Of a stretch of DNA of 64,000 nt, positions 1 through 10,040 are shown one piece after another (the first letter of the stretch is position 1; every line of letters begins with the position of its first letter). The position numbers were made by a program, and so were the translations under genes. The stretch lies in assembly GCA_963743045.1 (NCBI GenBank), contig CAVUOF010000009.1, positions 63,829 to 127,828 on the forward strand. Reading direction: 5' to 3'. The stretch comes from an uncultured Acidobacteriota bacterium (GTDB taxonomy: Bacteria; Acidobacteriota; Blastocatellia; RBC074). The notes under the pieces were generated by a model. It saw only the letters and a program-made list of their open reading frames with translations, searched no databases and was not told the DNA's origin.

Positions 1-122
1 AGAATGCGAGCCTTACGGGTCAGGGAGAACCTTCTGGTGTGCGTTCAGGATTGTTTGAAAAAGTAGGTGATAGATCCGTGATATTTGCCACTGAGCATGT
101 AAGAGGCCACCCGGATCTGGAA

Positions 123-1017
123 ATGCAAAGAGAGTCTTTCAAAGAAGAATTGGCAGTGCGCTATCTGCTTGGCGATCTGACGGACGATGAGCAGGTTGAA
201 GTGGAAGACCGGGCTTTCGCCGACCATCAGTATATGGAGCGGATGCTCGCGGTCGAAGATGACCTGATCGATAACTACCTGCGAGGCTCGTTATCGCAGC
301 TTCAGCGCGACCAGTTTGAAAAGCGCTTTCTGACATCAGAGCAGCGCCGGCAAAAGATTGAGTTTGCGAGGGCGCTCGCGGAGGTGAGCTCAAGGAGAGC
401 CGCACCGGCCGATCAGGAGGCGACATTCTGGGAGTCATTAATCGGGTCACTTCGCACTTTGAGCCCGGTGTTCAGGTTCTCGCTCGCAGCTGCATCTCTC
501 GCTGCCATTATTGGAGTCGGCTGGTTGATTGGGCAGCGAGTAACGCTACGCCGGGAAGTGAAGCAGCTTCAGGCAGAGAAGAGAGACACACAAACTCCGC
601 AGGAGACCCCTAAAGAAGTGGTGGCCCAACGCGAGCCGGAACGACCGGCGCCATCACAGCCGGCACGCCCAACGATGGCGTCCATCGTGCTCTTGCCCGG
701 CATCTCCCGAAGCGCGGCAGAGCGGCCCAGGCTGGCCATTCCTCAAACAGCACAACTTGTCCGTCTTGAGGTTGTCCTCGAGCGCACAGACGATTACAAG
801 AGTTTCAGGGTTGAGCTCCGAAACCCACAGGGTCAGGAGGCTTGGACCAAGAGACCGTCTGCACGCGCAGCAATCCCGCGCGGGACGAGTTATCAACCTG
901 GTCATTCCACGCAAAGTCTTTCGTTCCGGCCAATACGAACTCACATTGAAGGGCTCGGTCGACGATCAAGCGACCGAAGACCTGCGTTACTACTACTTCG
1001 ACGTCCACAAGCAGTAA
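123..1017 (+). pseudogene. membrane-anchored, anti-sigma-factor-like regulatory protein; reading frame broken once
   Basis: ORF 39..1304 has an ATG at 123 (MQRESFKEELAVRYLLGDLTDDEQVEVEDR...). It encodes a helical N-domain and one TM segment (FRFSLAAASLAAIIGVGWLIG). The plausible C-terminus (...VINLVIPRKVFRSGQYELTLKGSVDDQATEDLRYYYFDVHKQ*) lies in ORF 757..1017 in another frame, with the junction near 850. Confidence 0.4.
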
Positions 1018-1105
1018 ATCGCCTACTCAAAGATAACCTTGTAGCCTGGACAAGTTATCCTCGACTGATGGCGCGGGATGGGCAGGAACAGGGAGGCGAC
1101 GGGTG

Positions 1106-1191
1106 CCCTGGGACCGCGGGCGTCCCGCCCGCATGGCTGCGACAGAGGCTCCCTCCGAAAACATGCGGGCGGGACGCCCGCGGTCCCAGGG
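1106..1191. repeat. R4-type palindrome: perfect 30-bp inverted repeat around a 26-nt core
   Basis: CCCTGGGACCGCGGGCGTCCCGCCCGCATG at 1106..1135 is the exact reverse complement of 1162..1191. It lies in the intergenic gap between convergent genes. Confidence 0.9.
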
Positions 1192-1355
1192 TCGTCTCCG
1201 AAGCCTGCCCAAGGTTGTCTTCAGAATTGCGTGTTTTTGATCGATCGCCATTTCAGGGACTAGTAGGTCCCGTTTCTTTCAAGACGTTCGACCAGTGCTA
1301 CTGACATTCAGCGAATTGAGGAGGAAACGCCCTCGCTGCTTCTCGTGTAGCCCCG

Positions 1356-2324
1356 CTACTTAGTCGCGATTGTGGCGGCGACTCCTGGAATCCACGCTGC
1401 GGTCAGTTGCAGGCTTGATGTGCCCGTAGTAACCCCTGGCGGAACCCGGAAGTTCACTTGATACCCGTCGACGGCGCCCGCAAATCCACCGGCGTACAGA
1501 ACCTCCGAGGACTGCCCATTGATTTTGATTTCGACCGGAGCGTTCACAGGGTATGCCGAGCCTTGAGGGAACGATTGACCAATCTCGACGAATGGTGTCG
1601 TTGGGCCCAAACCTGACGCATAGAGAGTCAGCAGTTCGCCTGCTGCCGCAGGGTTGGCACTGGATACCAGGCTGCCATCAAGATGGGTTACGGCCGGCCC
1701 GCCGGGAGTGGCGCTGATAGTTGGCCGGGTCTTCGGATAGAGATAAAAGGTCAGCCGGCCTGCTCCACCGCCAAGCATCCGCCGGTTAGCTGGGTCTTCT
1801 GAAGTGGAAGCGGATCGCGCCCCCGTTCCCTGCATCGGGCCGTGAGCACCTGTCATCCCGAGAAACGCGCCGTCGCCCCCGGTCACAATGTGGTGGGGAC
1901 CAGGTGCAGCCCCGTTGTCGATCAATGTTCCGATGTACTTTCCGTCGGGGGTGAGGATTTGCCAGATGCACTGGCTCATCCCGGCGGAGTCCACATCGGC
2001 GATCGGTTGGCCGGGTTGAGGATTGGCGCGGAAAGGCAATGCAAGCGCGGGAGAAGACCAAATGCCTTTGACCGCCTCTCCATTTACTGTCCGCATATCC
2101 CCGATGTTGAAGGAAGGGACAAAGGCTTGGGTTACGGACGTCGTTGGTCCGGGACTCTTGGCGATCTTTGAAATATCAAAGGTATCGCTGCGATACGTCG
2201 TGGTATTTTGGACCTCGACCGTAAGAACGACTGCCGCGTCCGCGGCACGAGAGGTTTGCGAATACAGCAACTGGCACAAAGCGCCTGCCGCGAGAATCAG
2301 GAATGTGAATCGTCTGATGGTCAT
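1356..2324 (-). CDS. secreted protein with Solibacter-type C-terminal domain (TIGR03437-like)
   Basis: Intact 322-aa ORF with signal peptide MTIRRFTFLILAAGALCQLLYS and GGAGG 6 nt before the ATG. The C-terminal ~95 aa (LLTLYASGLGPT...VLYAGGFAGAVDGYQVNFRVPPGVTTGTSSLQLT) match the pattern I remember for TIGR03437. Confidence 0.7.
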   Translation of the reverse strand: MTIRRFTFLILAAGALCQLLYSQTSRAADAAVVLTVEVQNTTTYRSDTFDISKIAKSPGPTTSVTQAFVPSFNIGDMRTVNGEAVKGIWSSPALALPFRANPQPGQPIADVDSAGMSQCIWQILTPDGKYIGTLIDNGAAPGPHHIVTGGDGAFLGMTGAHGPMQGTGARSASTSEDPANRRMLGGGAGRLTFYLYPKTRPTISATPGGPAVTHLDGSLVSSANPAAAGELLTLYASGLGPTTPFVEIGQSFPQGSAYPVNAPVEIKINGQSSEVLYAGGFAGAVDGYQVNFRVPPGVTTGTSSLQLTAAWIPGVAATIATK

Positions 2325-2619
2325 GGAATGCCTCCGAAAGTACGAAGAATTTTCGATCGGCGACGAGGTCGCGGATCGACGCTGATAACCGGAAACCGCG
2401 GTAGAAAAGCCGCATCGACGGCAGTTTCCTCCGTTGCAGTGTGGACTCCTCAGTTTTTTGGCTTAGAATCTATGGAGCCCGCGTTCCTTCGCGTGGGTCT
2501 GATCTTGGGTGAATCTTCCTCAATCGGCCCACTCGCTTAACAACAACGGAATTCCCGGGCAGATCAGCTCACGCAAACGGAATTTTTCTGAAGGGGTCTG
2601 TGCAGGCCGACGAGGAATT

Positions 2620-3195
2620 ATGGATCCCAATTCTGGCGGACCAATCTCTCAGCTTCTGGAGAAGTGGCAAGCCGGCGACTCTGAAGCACTCAATGCCTTG
2701 GTGCCCCTCGTTTACGAAGACCTGCGCAGGTTGGCGCACCACTACCTGCAGAAACAGCGTCCTGATCACACTCTGCAGAGCGGCGCCTTAGTGAACGAAG
2801 CCTATCTTCGTCTTGCCCGGCATGAAATGTTGAGCTTTGAGAACCGCGCGCATTTTTTTGCCGTGTTGGCGACAATCATGCGGCAGATACTGGTCGACTA
2901 CGCGCGCAACCAGCACGCGGCTAAACGCGATGCGCGAATCACAATGGTCCTGGATGAAGCCGTAGCTCCAGGTCCTCTTGGGCAGGTGAATGTAGTCATG
3001 CTCGACGATGCCCTGCAAGGGCTTTCCAAACTGGATTCGAGGCAGGGCCGAATCGTCGAGTTACGCTTTTTCGGAGGATTGTCGATTGAAGAGACCGCCC
3101 TGGTTCTGGGCATCTCCGCCGCCACGGTGAAACGAGAGTGGACGACAGCGCGGTTGTGGCTCCGAAAGCAACTGGTGCGAGGATCACTAGCATGA
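2620..3195 (+). CDS. ECF sigma factor, TIGR02999 / ECF43-like (kinase-associated) family
   Basis: LLEKWQAGDSEALNALVPLVYEDLRRLAHHYL...HTLQSGALVNEAYLRL...ILVDYARNQHAAKR, plus region 4 (RIVELRFFGGLSIEETALVLGISAATVKREW). ATG at 2620 is preceded by GAGGAA. The stop overlaps the kinase start (ATGA at 3192..3195). Confidence 0.85.
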   Translation: MDPNSGGPISQLLEKWQAGDSEALNALVPLVYEDLRRLAHHYLQKQRPDHTLQSGALVNEAYLRLARHEMLSFENRAHFFAVLATIMRQILVDYARNQHAAKRDARITMVLDEAVAPGPLGQVNVVMLDDALQGLSKLDSRQGRIVELRFFGGLSIEETALVLGISAATVKREWTTARLWLRKQLVRGSLA

Positions 3196-6115
3196 GCATG
3201 ACATCGGAACGCTGGCAACAAATCAAAGTCGTCCTCTACGACGCACTCGAGACGCCTCCAGAACAGAGGTCGGCATTCCTTGCCAGGGTCTGCTCTGACG
3301 ACAGAGGCATGCGCCAGGAAGTGGAATCGTTTCTTGCTATGGGCGACGAACAGGCGCGTAGCAGTTTTCTTCAATCATCGGAAATCCACGTCAGCCTGAG
3401 CCCGGGAACGCAGGCTCGGTGAGTATGAAGTGCAGTCGCTGCTGGGCGTGGGCGGAATGGGTGAAGTCTACCGGGCACGCGATCCTCGGCTCATGCGCGA
3501 CGTGGCAATCAAAGTTCTACCCTCGCTTGTATCGGATGATCCGGACTGGCTGCGACGCTTCGAGCAGGAAGCGCAGGCGGCAGCGGCTCTGAATCATCCC
3601 CGTATCTGCACAGTGCACGATGTCGGCGATTATGGCGGTCAGCCCTTCTTTGTGATGGAACTGTTGGAAGGGCAGTCACTAAACGAGCGCATTGCCGGCA
3701 AGCCTATCCCGATTTCCGAACTCGTGGATCTTGCCGTTCAGACCTGCGATGCACTTCAAGCGGCACACGACAAAGGAATTATTCATCGCGATATCAAGCC
3801 GGCAAACATCTTCCTCTCGACCAATGGTCAGATCAAGATTCTGGACTTCGGACTTGCCAAACTTGTCGAAGAAAGACACTCCACAGCAACAAATGGTGGC
3901 ACGCCTGAGGCTGAAATCGTCGCAAGCCACCTCCCGGCAACACGGTGGGGAAGACTTATGGGCACACCGGCATATCTTTCGCCGGAGCAGGCGCGCGGTG
4001 AGGAAGTCGATGCCCGCACTGACATTTTTTCATTTGGACTCGTCTTGTATGAAATGGCGACCGGCCATCCAGCGTTTCGTGGTCAAACATCCGGAGAGCT
4101 GATCAATGCCATTTTGCACGAAACCCCGGTGAAGCCTTCGACATTGAATCCGGCAGTGCCGGGCAGCCTCGAAAGAATAATCCTCAAAGCGCTCGATAAA
4201 ACACGAAACGCACGTTATCAGTCAGCTTCAGAGCTGCTGCATGATTTGAATGAATTTCAGAAAGCCAGGCAGCGTCGAGCGGTTTGGATGACCCGCGTTG
4301 CCGTAGCGGCAGCCACTCTGGTCCTCAGCACTGCGGTAGTGGTGTGGACAATCTTGTCGAAGAGCACTGTCACTGAAGCGCCTGACATAATCCAGCGTCA
4401 GGTAACATCCAATCCCGTCAATGATTCAGTTTATATGGCTGCCATTTCGGCGGACGGTAAACAGGTGGCATACACCGATCTTCACGGTGTGCATGTTCGG
4501 GCGCTCGATACTGGGCGAGGTTTATGACGTACCGATTCTACCAGGGCTCTGCTTCCGGTGAGCGAACCTGAGCTGGTTCCCGGGCGGAACCAAACTTCTG
4601 ATCAGCGGTCCGGGTGGAAGCGGTATTACGGGAATATGGACGCTCGGGACGATGGGCGGCGGGATTCAGCAAATTCAAGCCGACATCGGCGCAGCCGCAC
4701 TATCACCGGATGGTTCACGGATTGTATTTGAGAAGGAACAAAGACTCTGGCAGATGGGCCCGAATGGCGAAAACCCGGTGCAATTGGGGCAGTTATCGAG
4801 CGGCTCGCAGTTCGCTGGCCATGCCGGGCTTTCGGATTCGTCTGATCTGGCCTGGTCACCGGACGGTCACTGGATAACATATCTTCGCAAAACGGGCGAA
4901 AATGATCCGCTTGTTCTGGAGGCTCGTCACCTCGAGGATGGGCGCACAGCGACCATTCTGACGGATCCAGACCTACGGGGCTACAGCTGGATTTCCTCCA
5001 CGAAAATAGTCTTAAACCGGTGGGAGGCTCCCGACAAACCCTTCTCGAACCTGTGGCACGTTGATGTCGATCCCAACAGGATGAAGGCCGTGGCGAAACC
5101 GCACCGGCTGACAAACTGGGCGGGATTTGCCGTCTTAACTATGAGTGCGACTCGAGATGGCAAGCTGTTGGCGCTAACCAGGAAGACCGATCAAAGCAAT
5201 ATTCTGATCGGCGAGTTAGCCGACCATGGCAACTCTCTATCTCATCTTCGCCGTGTTAGTCCGCAGGATCGAGTGGAATGGCCCGGCGGATGGAGCGCCG
5301 ACAGCAAGGCACTGTTCTTCCAGTCTGATCGCACCGGGAACATGAATATCTTCCGCCAGCCGATTGATGCATCAAACGCGGAGGCGGTGGTTATGGATCA
5401 AAATGATAACCGTGTTCCAGTGCTGAGCCCGGACAGGGACTGGGTTTTGTATTTTGCGTGGCCACGCTCAGCCGTGCAGGTGAACACCGCGAGATTGATG
5501 AGAAGGCCAGTCGGCGGTGGAACCTCCGAGTTGATCCTGGAAGCCAAGGGTCTCCCAGGCTCAGCGCAAACTTCCTACCGCGTGGTGTTGCCGACGATGA
5601 CAGGTCAACCTGTCTTTCGATGTCCATCGCAGTCGAGCGCTTCTTGCGTTCTGAGCGAAGCGGGCCTCCATGAGGTGACGTTCTATTCCTTTCTACCTGT
5701 CCCCGGCACAGTCAAGACGGAGATTTTTCGGGTTCAGATCGATGACCCCAATGCACTGGCCTGGGACCTTTCGCCTGACGGTTCCCAAATCGGATATGCC
5801 GAGTACAGCTGGCGTTCGGCTTCGATTCGTATCCGCGAACTTGGAACAGGTTTGACGCGCGAGGTCCCACTAGAAGGTCTGACGGAGTTGTCGACTCTAA
5901 CCTGGTCTGCCGACGGCAAGAGCTTCTTTGCCACGACCTTTGCTGTCGCTGGAAGTTCACTCTACCACGTGACCAGCGAGGGCAAGTACCGCGTTTTGTA
6001 CAAGGCTGCCAAGGAGGTTGAAGGAGCGAGGCCGTCCCCGGATGGACGCTATCTGGCGTTCGGTGACGTTCAGTCAGCCAGCAATGTCTGGGTCGTCGAA
6101 GGATTCCCCAAGTAG
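3192..6115 (+). pseudogene. Ser/Thr protein kinase with TM segment and C-terminal TolB/WD40-like beta-propeller repeats; two frameshifts and one in-frame TGA
   Basis: Fragments are 3138..3422, 3430..4527 and 4652..6115. Kinase motifs present: GVGGMGEVYRARD, AIKVL, HRDIKPANIF, DFGLAK, GTPAYLSPEQ. TM segment: VAVAAATLVLSTAVVVW. Propeller repeats: SPDGSRIVF, SPDGHWITY, SPDRDWVLY, SPDGSQIGY, SADGKSFF, SPDGRYLAF. Frame changes at about 3411 and 4516; TGA at 4559..4561. Confidence 0.8.
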
Positions 6116-6176
6116 TCCGAGTATCCCTGCCCACAGGCGCCGTCCGGCGCCAAAAACCCATTAAGCCCAAGCCGAA

Positions 6177-6355
6177 GAGCAATTTGGAGTGCGGCGACCT
6201 GTCGCCGCTTTCGCAGCCGTAGGCGGCTCGGAGCCGCCCTCTTAGAGAGGCGGCAAGCTGCACACCGATCTGAGGCGTTGACCAAAGAGGGCGGCTCGCG
6301 AGCCGCCCCTACGGCTGCAAAGGCGGCGACAGGTCGCCGCACTCCAAATTGCTCC
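6177..6355. repeat. composite repeat: R1 arm pair enclosing R3 palindromes
   Basis: GAGCAATTTGGAGTGCGGCGACCTGTCGCCGCTTT on the left and its reverse complement on the right (ends 6355). Inside are GTAGGCGGCTCGGAGCCGCCCTC and GAGGGCGGCTCGCGAGCCGCCCCTAC. Confidence 0.9.
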
Positions 6356-6454
6356 CTTGCAGACGCCCCGAAAGGGTCTCGTGTGATGTTTCTTGATCTC
6401 TCGCCACTCTAGGGACGGAAGAACAACCAAAGTGGAAAGGAGATCTACGTTCCA

Positions 6455-8314
6455 ATGTTAAGGCGCATGTTGACGATACTCATGATAACGCTCACAAGTC
6501 TGCCGGTTTCACAGGCACAAACACTCACTCCAATTGATCGATTTGGGCGACGCACACTTCGGATGCCTATCTCGTCCTACGAGGATGACCCATTCGCGAG
6601 TCCGTCCGTCGTCGATCAGATGGATCCGCGGCATTTCGATCGTGATGAGGATGGACGTCCCGTCCTGAAGAATGACCACGTCAGCATTATTGAGGAAAGC
6701 AAAATCTACCGGAGGACCCAGCGGTGGGCGGTGACTTCGTACCGTTTGCCTGGAACCCCTGGCCCCAATTGAAGACGGCTAATGCGGAGGGGAACTTCAG
6801 CTACCAGGATGAAGCGCGTTTCCCGTTATTCAAGCAGGAACGCGATGCCGATGGCAAAGTCATAGTTCGGGATGGATTGCAGGTCTGGTCGCCGGTGGAT
6901 CTCCACCTTGGAGACACTACAGTCTTCCAAACTGTCAACGCCGTCAAAGAAGCGGCGGAGGACTGGTCCGGTCGAAGTCTGCTCTGGGGTCAGGCTGGCC
7001 TTCTCGAGATTGAGCCGCACGCTTTCATCGATTTCAACGCATTCTACAGCCCGTCAGCAAGAATGCTCTTCTTCGGCGTCGTTCCTTACCGCCTCGTAGG
7101 CGAAACCCAGATCAAGATGCTAGAGATGGCCACTTCGTGGGATTTCGCCGGCCACGAGGCCGGGCATGCGATCCACCATTCGCTCAAGCCGAACGTCGAC
7201 CAGTTCAATCCTGGATACGGCACCTGGGGTGAGTCTTTCGCAGATCAGGCAGCGATGTGGACCTCACTTCGGAATCCTGACCGCGTGCATGAAGCTACTG
7301 GCTGGTACCAACGGAAATCTTAACCAGTCGAACCGGCTCACTTGCTTTGGTGAAGCGTGGGGCGCGTCTGGTAGCAACTGAACCCTGCCTCCGCGACGCA
7401 TTCAACGACAAGAAGGTCTCAAACACCACCGATGAAGTACATGACCGCTCAGAGGTGCTCACTGGAGCCGCCTACAGACTCTTCCTGACGGTCTATTCAA
7501 GGCTGAAGAGCCGACGCGGGCACCCAGGATAGTGAGGCTCTTAGCGAAGCCGGGCGGATTCTGGGCACATTCCTTGCCCATAGCACGGACTACACACCCG
7601 AGAACCAGATGACGCTCGAGGACATCGCCAAGGCCTACCTCAAGGTGGACAAGGAGATCTTCGGCGGTTCTTACCACGACATGCTGGTCGATGAGTTCAT
7701 CCGGCGGGAGATCTTCGATGCCAGCTCCGACAGCGAGTGGATGGCGCACGAGGACGCGATGCCTGGCCTCCGTCTTCACGGGCAACCTTCAGATCAAAAG
7801 GTGGAGCAACTGATAGAGGCGAACCAGGACAACCTCGGCATTAACGCGGACTTCGGGTTGAAGCTGCAGAGCGTCGTCCGGGACAACATGGGTCAGACGA
7901 TCGTCCGCGTCCAGCTCACCATGGGGCGCGGCGATGATGCCACGCCGCTCAATAATCACGGTGTCCTCGTCTTCCGTCGCAACGGTACGCTGGCCGACTA
8001 CCACCCGCCCGTGCCGAGTGAGGATAACGTCATAGCGCCTCCTCCGGATCAGACTTTCAAGTGCCGCACAACTCCAGCCGATGATGGTTCGGGCCAGACA
8101 GCTCGGCCTCGACCAGCACAACGCTCCAATGTCGATTGTCCGCGGAGCCGATGGGCGATTGACGATGGAGGTGCATGTTCTGCGCGGCGAGGGCCTCAAC
8201 GCTTACATGGAGGTCTTCACTCTCGACAAGCCGGAAGGTGAGCGACACGAAATACTGATCCCGCCAATTCCGCCCAACAAGCGGATTGCCATCCAGAACG
8301 ATCTCATCAACTGA
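6455..8314 (+). pseudogene. secreted thermolysin-like (M4-type) zinc metalloprotease; at least five frame changes
   Basis: Signal peptide MLRRMLTILMITLTSLPVSQAQ. HEAGHAIHH, then GESFADQAAM (thermolysin-like E-x-x-x-D) and DEVHDRSEVLTGAAYRLF (compare VHxNSGIxNxAxY). Pieces are in ORFs 6455..6772, 6724..7323, 7166..7381, 7347..7532, 7609..8241 and 8081..8314. Confidence 0.6.
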
Positions 8315-8354
8315 TCAAAGACGGAAGCTCACAGAGCAAGAGAAGGAGAACAGT

Positions 8355-9973
8355 ATGCTCAGATTGAAAGTTGCAAACGCTGTCTTCGTGTCTGCACTCG
8401 CGATCCTGGTGTGTTGCGTCATAGACAGTCTACCATCAACGGTCAGGGAATTCAGCAGTCGAAAGAGAAACTACGAAAGCAGGTGCACGCAATTGCCGAT
8501 CGTTACATCGTCGTGCTGCGTGATGACGCCGTGGACATCGGCTCACGCGATGCGTCGGTAGCCGACATCGGTGGATCGCTCGCTGCCGCGTACGGCGCCC
8601 GGATAGAGAGGACGTACAGCCACGCGCTCAACGGCTATGCGGTGCAGATGACCCGAGCTCAGGCCGAGGCCCTCAGCCAGGACCCGAGGGTCGATTACGT
8701 TGAGGAGGACGCCGAAATCCGGATTCAACCAATGGAGGCTGAGGTCAATCCGCAGGAGGCCGCTTTATGGGGAATCGACCGGATCGACCAACGGCAGCTC
8801 CCGCTGGATGGTTACTACAGGTACAACACCACCGGTAAGGGGGTTCACGTCTACGTCATCGACACCGGGATCCGGCGTACACACCAGGAATTTCAGGGGC
8901 GGGCATTTGCCGCCTTCGATTCGATCGGCGATGGGCAGAATTCAAACGACTGTCACGGTCATGGCACTCACGTCGCAGGCACTATCGGGGGAGCCACCTA
9001 CGGAGTCGCAAAGGATGTTTCTCTTTACGCAGTTCGCGTATTCGGGTGCGACGGTGGAAGCAGTGACGCGACCGTGCTCGCGGGCGTCGACTGGGTGACG
9101 GCCAATCACATCAAACCGGCCGTGGCCAACATGAGTCTCGGAGGAGCTCCGTCGCAAGCCTTTGACCAGGCAGTCATGAACTCGATCGCTTCTGGTGTGA
9201 CGTACGTCGTGGCTGCTGGGAACGATAACGCGGACGCGTGTAACTTTTCTCCCGCCCGCGCTCCAAACACCATAACGGTCGGAGCAACGTCGAGCTCGGA
9301 TGCTCGTGCTTTCTTTTCCAACTGGGGAAGCTGTGTCAATGTCTTTGCCCCCGGCCAACGGATCACTTCCACGTGGTTTACGAGTGACAGCGCTACCAAT
9401 GTCCTGGACGGCACTTCCATGGCTACGCCACACGTAGCAGGCGTGGCCGCACTCTACCTCGAGGCCAATCCCGGAGCCACGCCGGCAGCAGTATCCAACG
9501 CTATCACGGGCAACGCGACCTCAAATGCACTGAGCAGCGTTGGAACGGGCTCGCCCAACCTTCTGCTCTTCTCGCAGCTGGGTGCAACAGGCGAGGCGCC
9601 TTGTACCACTTGCGACCACTACACAGGGCTCCTGCTTTCCGCGGGAGAAGCGGCATTCGAGCCGAACGGAACCTACTACTACAGTGGCTCATACGGGTAT
9701 CACAAAGGCTGGCTTCGAGGGCCTGCCGGTGCCGACTTCGATCTCTTCCTCTGGCGGTGGAATGGTTACAACTGGGAGGTGGTTGCTCGATCGGAAGGCG
9801 AAACTGCGTCGGAAGATGTCACCTATTACGGGGCACCTGGTTACTACTCGTGGCGGATATACGCCTTTGCCGGTACCGGTTTCTACAATTTCTGGAGCTC
9901 AAAAGCCATAAGTGAACAACGTGCCGCAGGCTGTCCAGCCTGCGGCGAAGCGAGAGGTACGACGATCACTTGA
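8355..9973 (+). pseudogene. secreted subtilisin-like serine protease (S8, proteinase K-like) with I9-type propeptide and C-terminal extension; one frame change near the signal peptide
   Basis: AGAAGGAGA RBS and ATG at 8355 give signal peptide [19 protein letters not shown] (frame of ORF 8286..8561). The rest is ORF 8411..9973. Catalytic triad motifs: [29 protein letters not shown]. Propeptide: YIVVLRDD...[26 protein letters not shown]. Confidence 0.8.
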
Positions 9974-10018
9974 ACAGGCGTTTTGCGAATCTGCCGCAGG
10001 CTGGACAGCCTGCGGCAC
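9921..10018. repeat. R2 element (inverted pair of GCCGCAGGCTG-NN-CAGCCTGCGGC hairpins)
   Basis: GTGCCGCAGGCTGTCCAGCCTGCGGC at 9921 and GCCGCAGGCTGGACAGCCTGCGGCAC ending at 10018. The left arm lies inside the last 17 codons of the S8 protease ORF. Confidence 0.9.
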
Positions 10019-10040
10019 AAGGAGAGAGAGAGAGGGAGAT

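Noticed and set aside
39-122. N-terminal extensions given by the ORF track (39.., 2509.., 9912.., 13386.., 15184.., 19200.., 24541.., 32198.., 35123.., 37920..38027(-), 31922..32113(-)).
   Set aside because: Internal starts with Shine-Dalgarno motifs and signal peptides fit better. Several of the extensions consist of repeat-element sequence.
4559-4561. The in-frame TGA might be selenocysteine or evidence of TGA reassignment.
   Set aside because: It is the only such case. All other ORF breaks are frame changes, TGA terminates many well-delimited genes here, and no SECIS-like context or plausible redox site is evident in a propeller linker.
6070-6430. ORFs 6070..6342(-) and 6242..6430(-), together with similar ones at 13077..13367(-), 14776..15150(-), 29778..29984(-) and 50740..51072(-).
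   Set aside because: They are translations of R1/R3 repeat DNA, shown by recurrent peptides such as WSAATCRRF and GGSRAAPT. They have no RBS and no independent coding signal.
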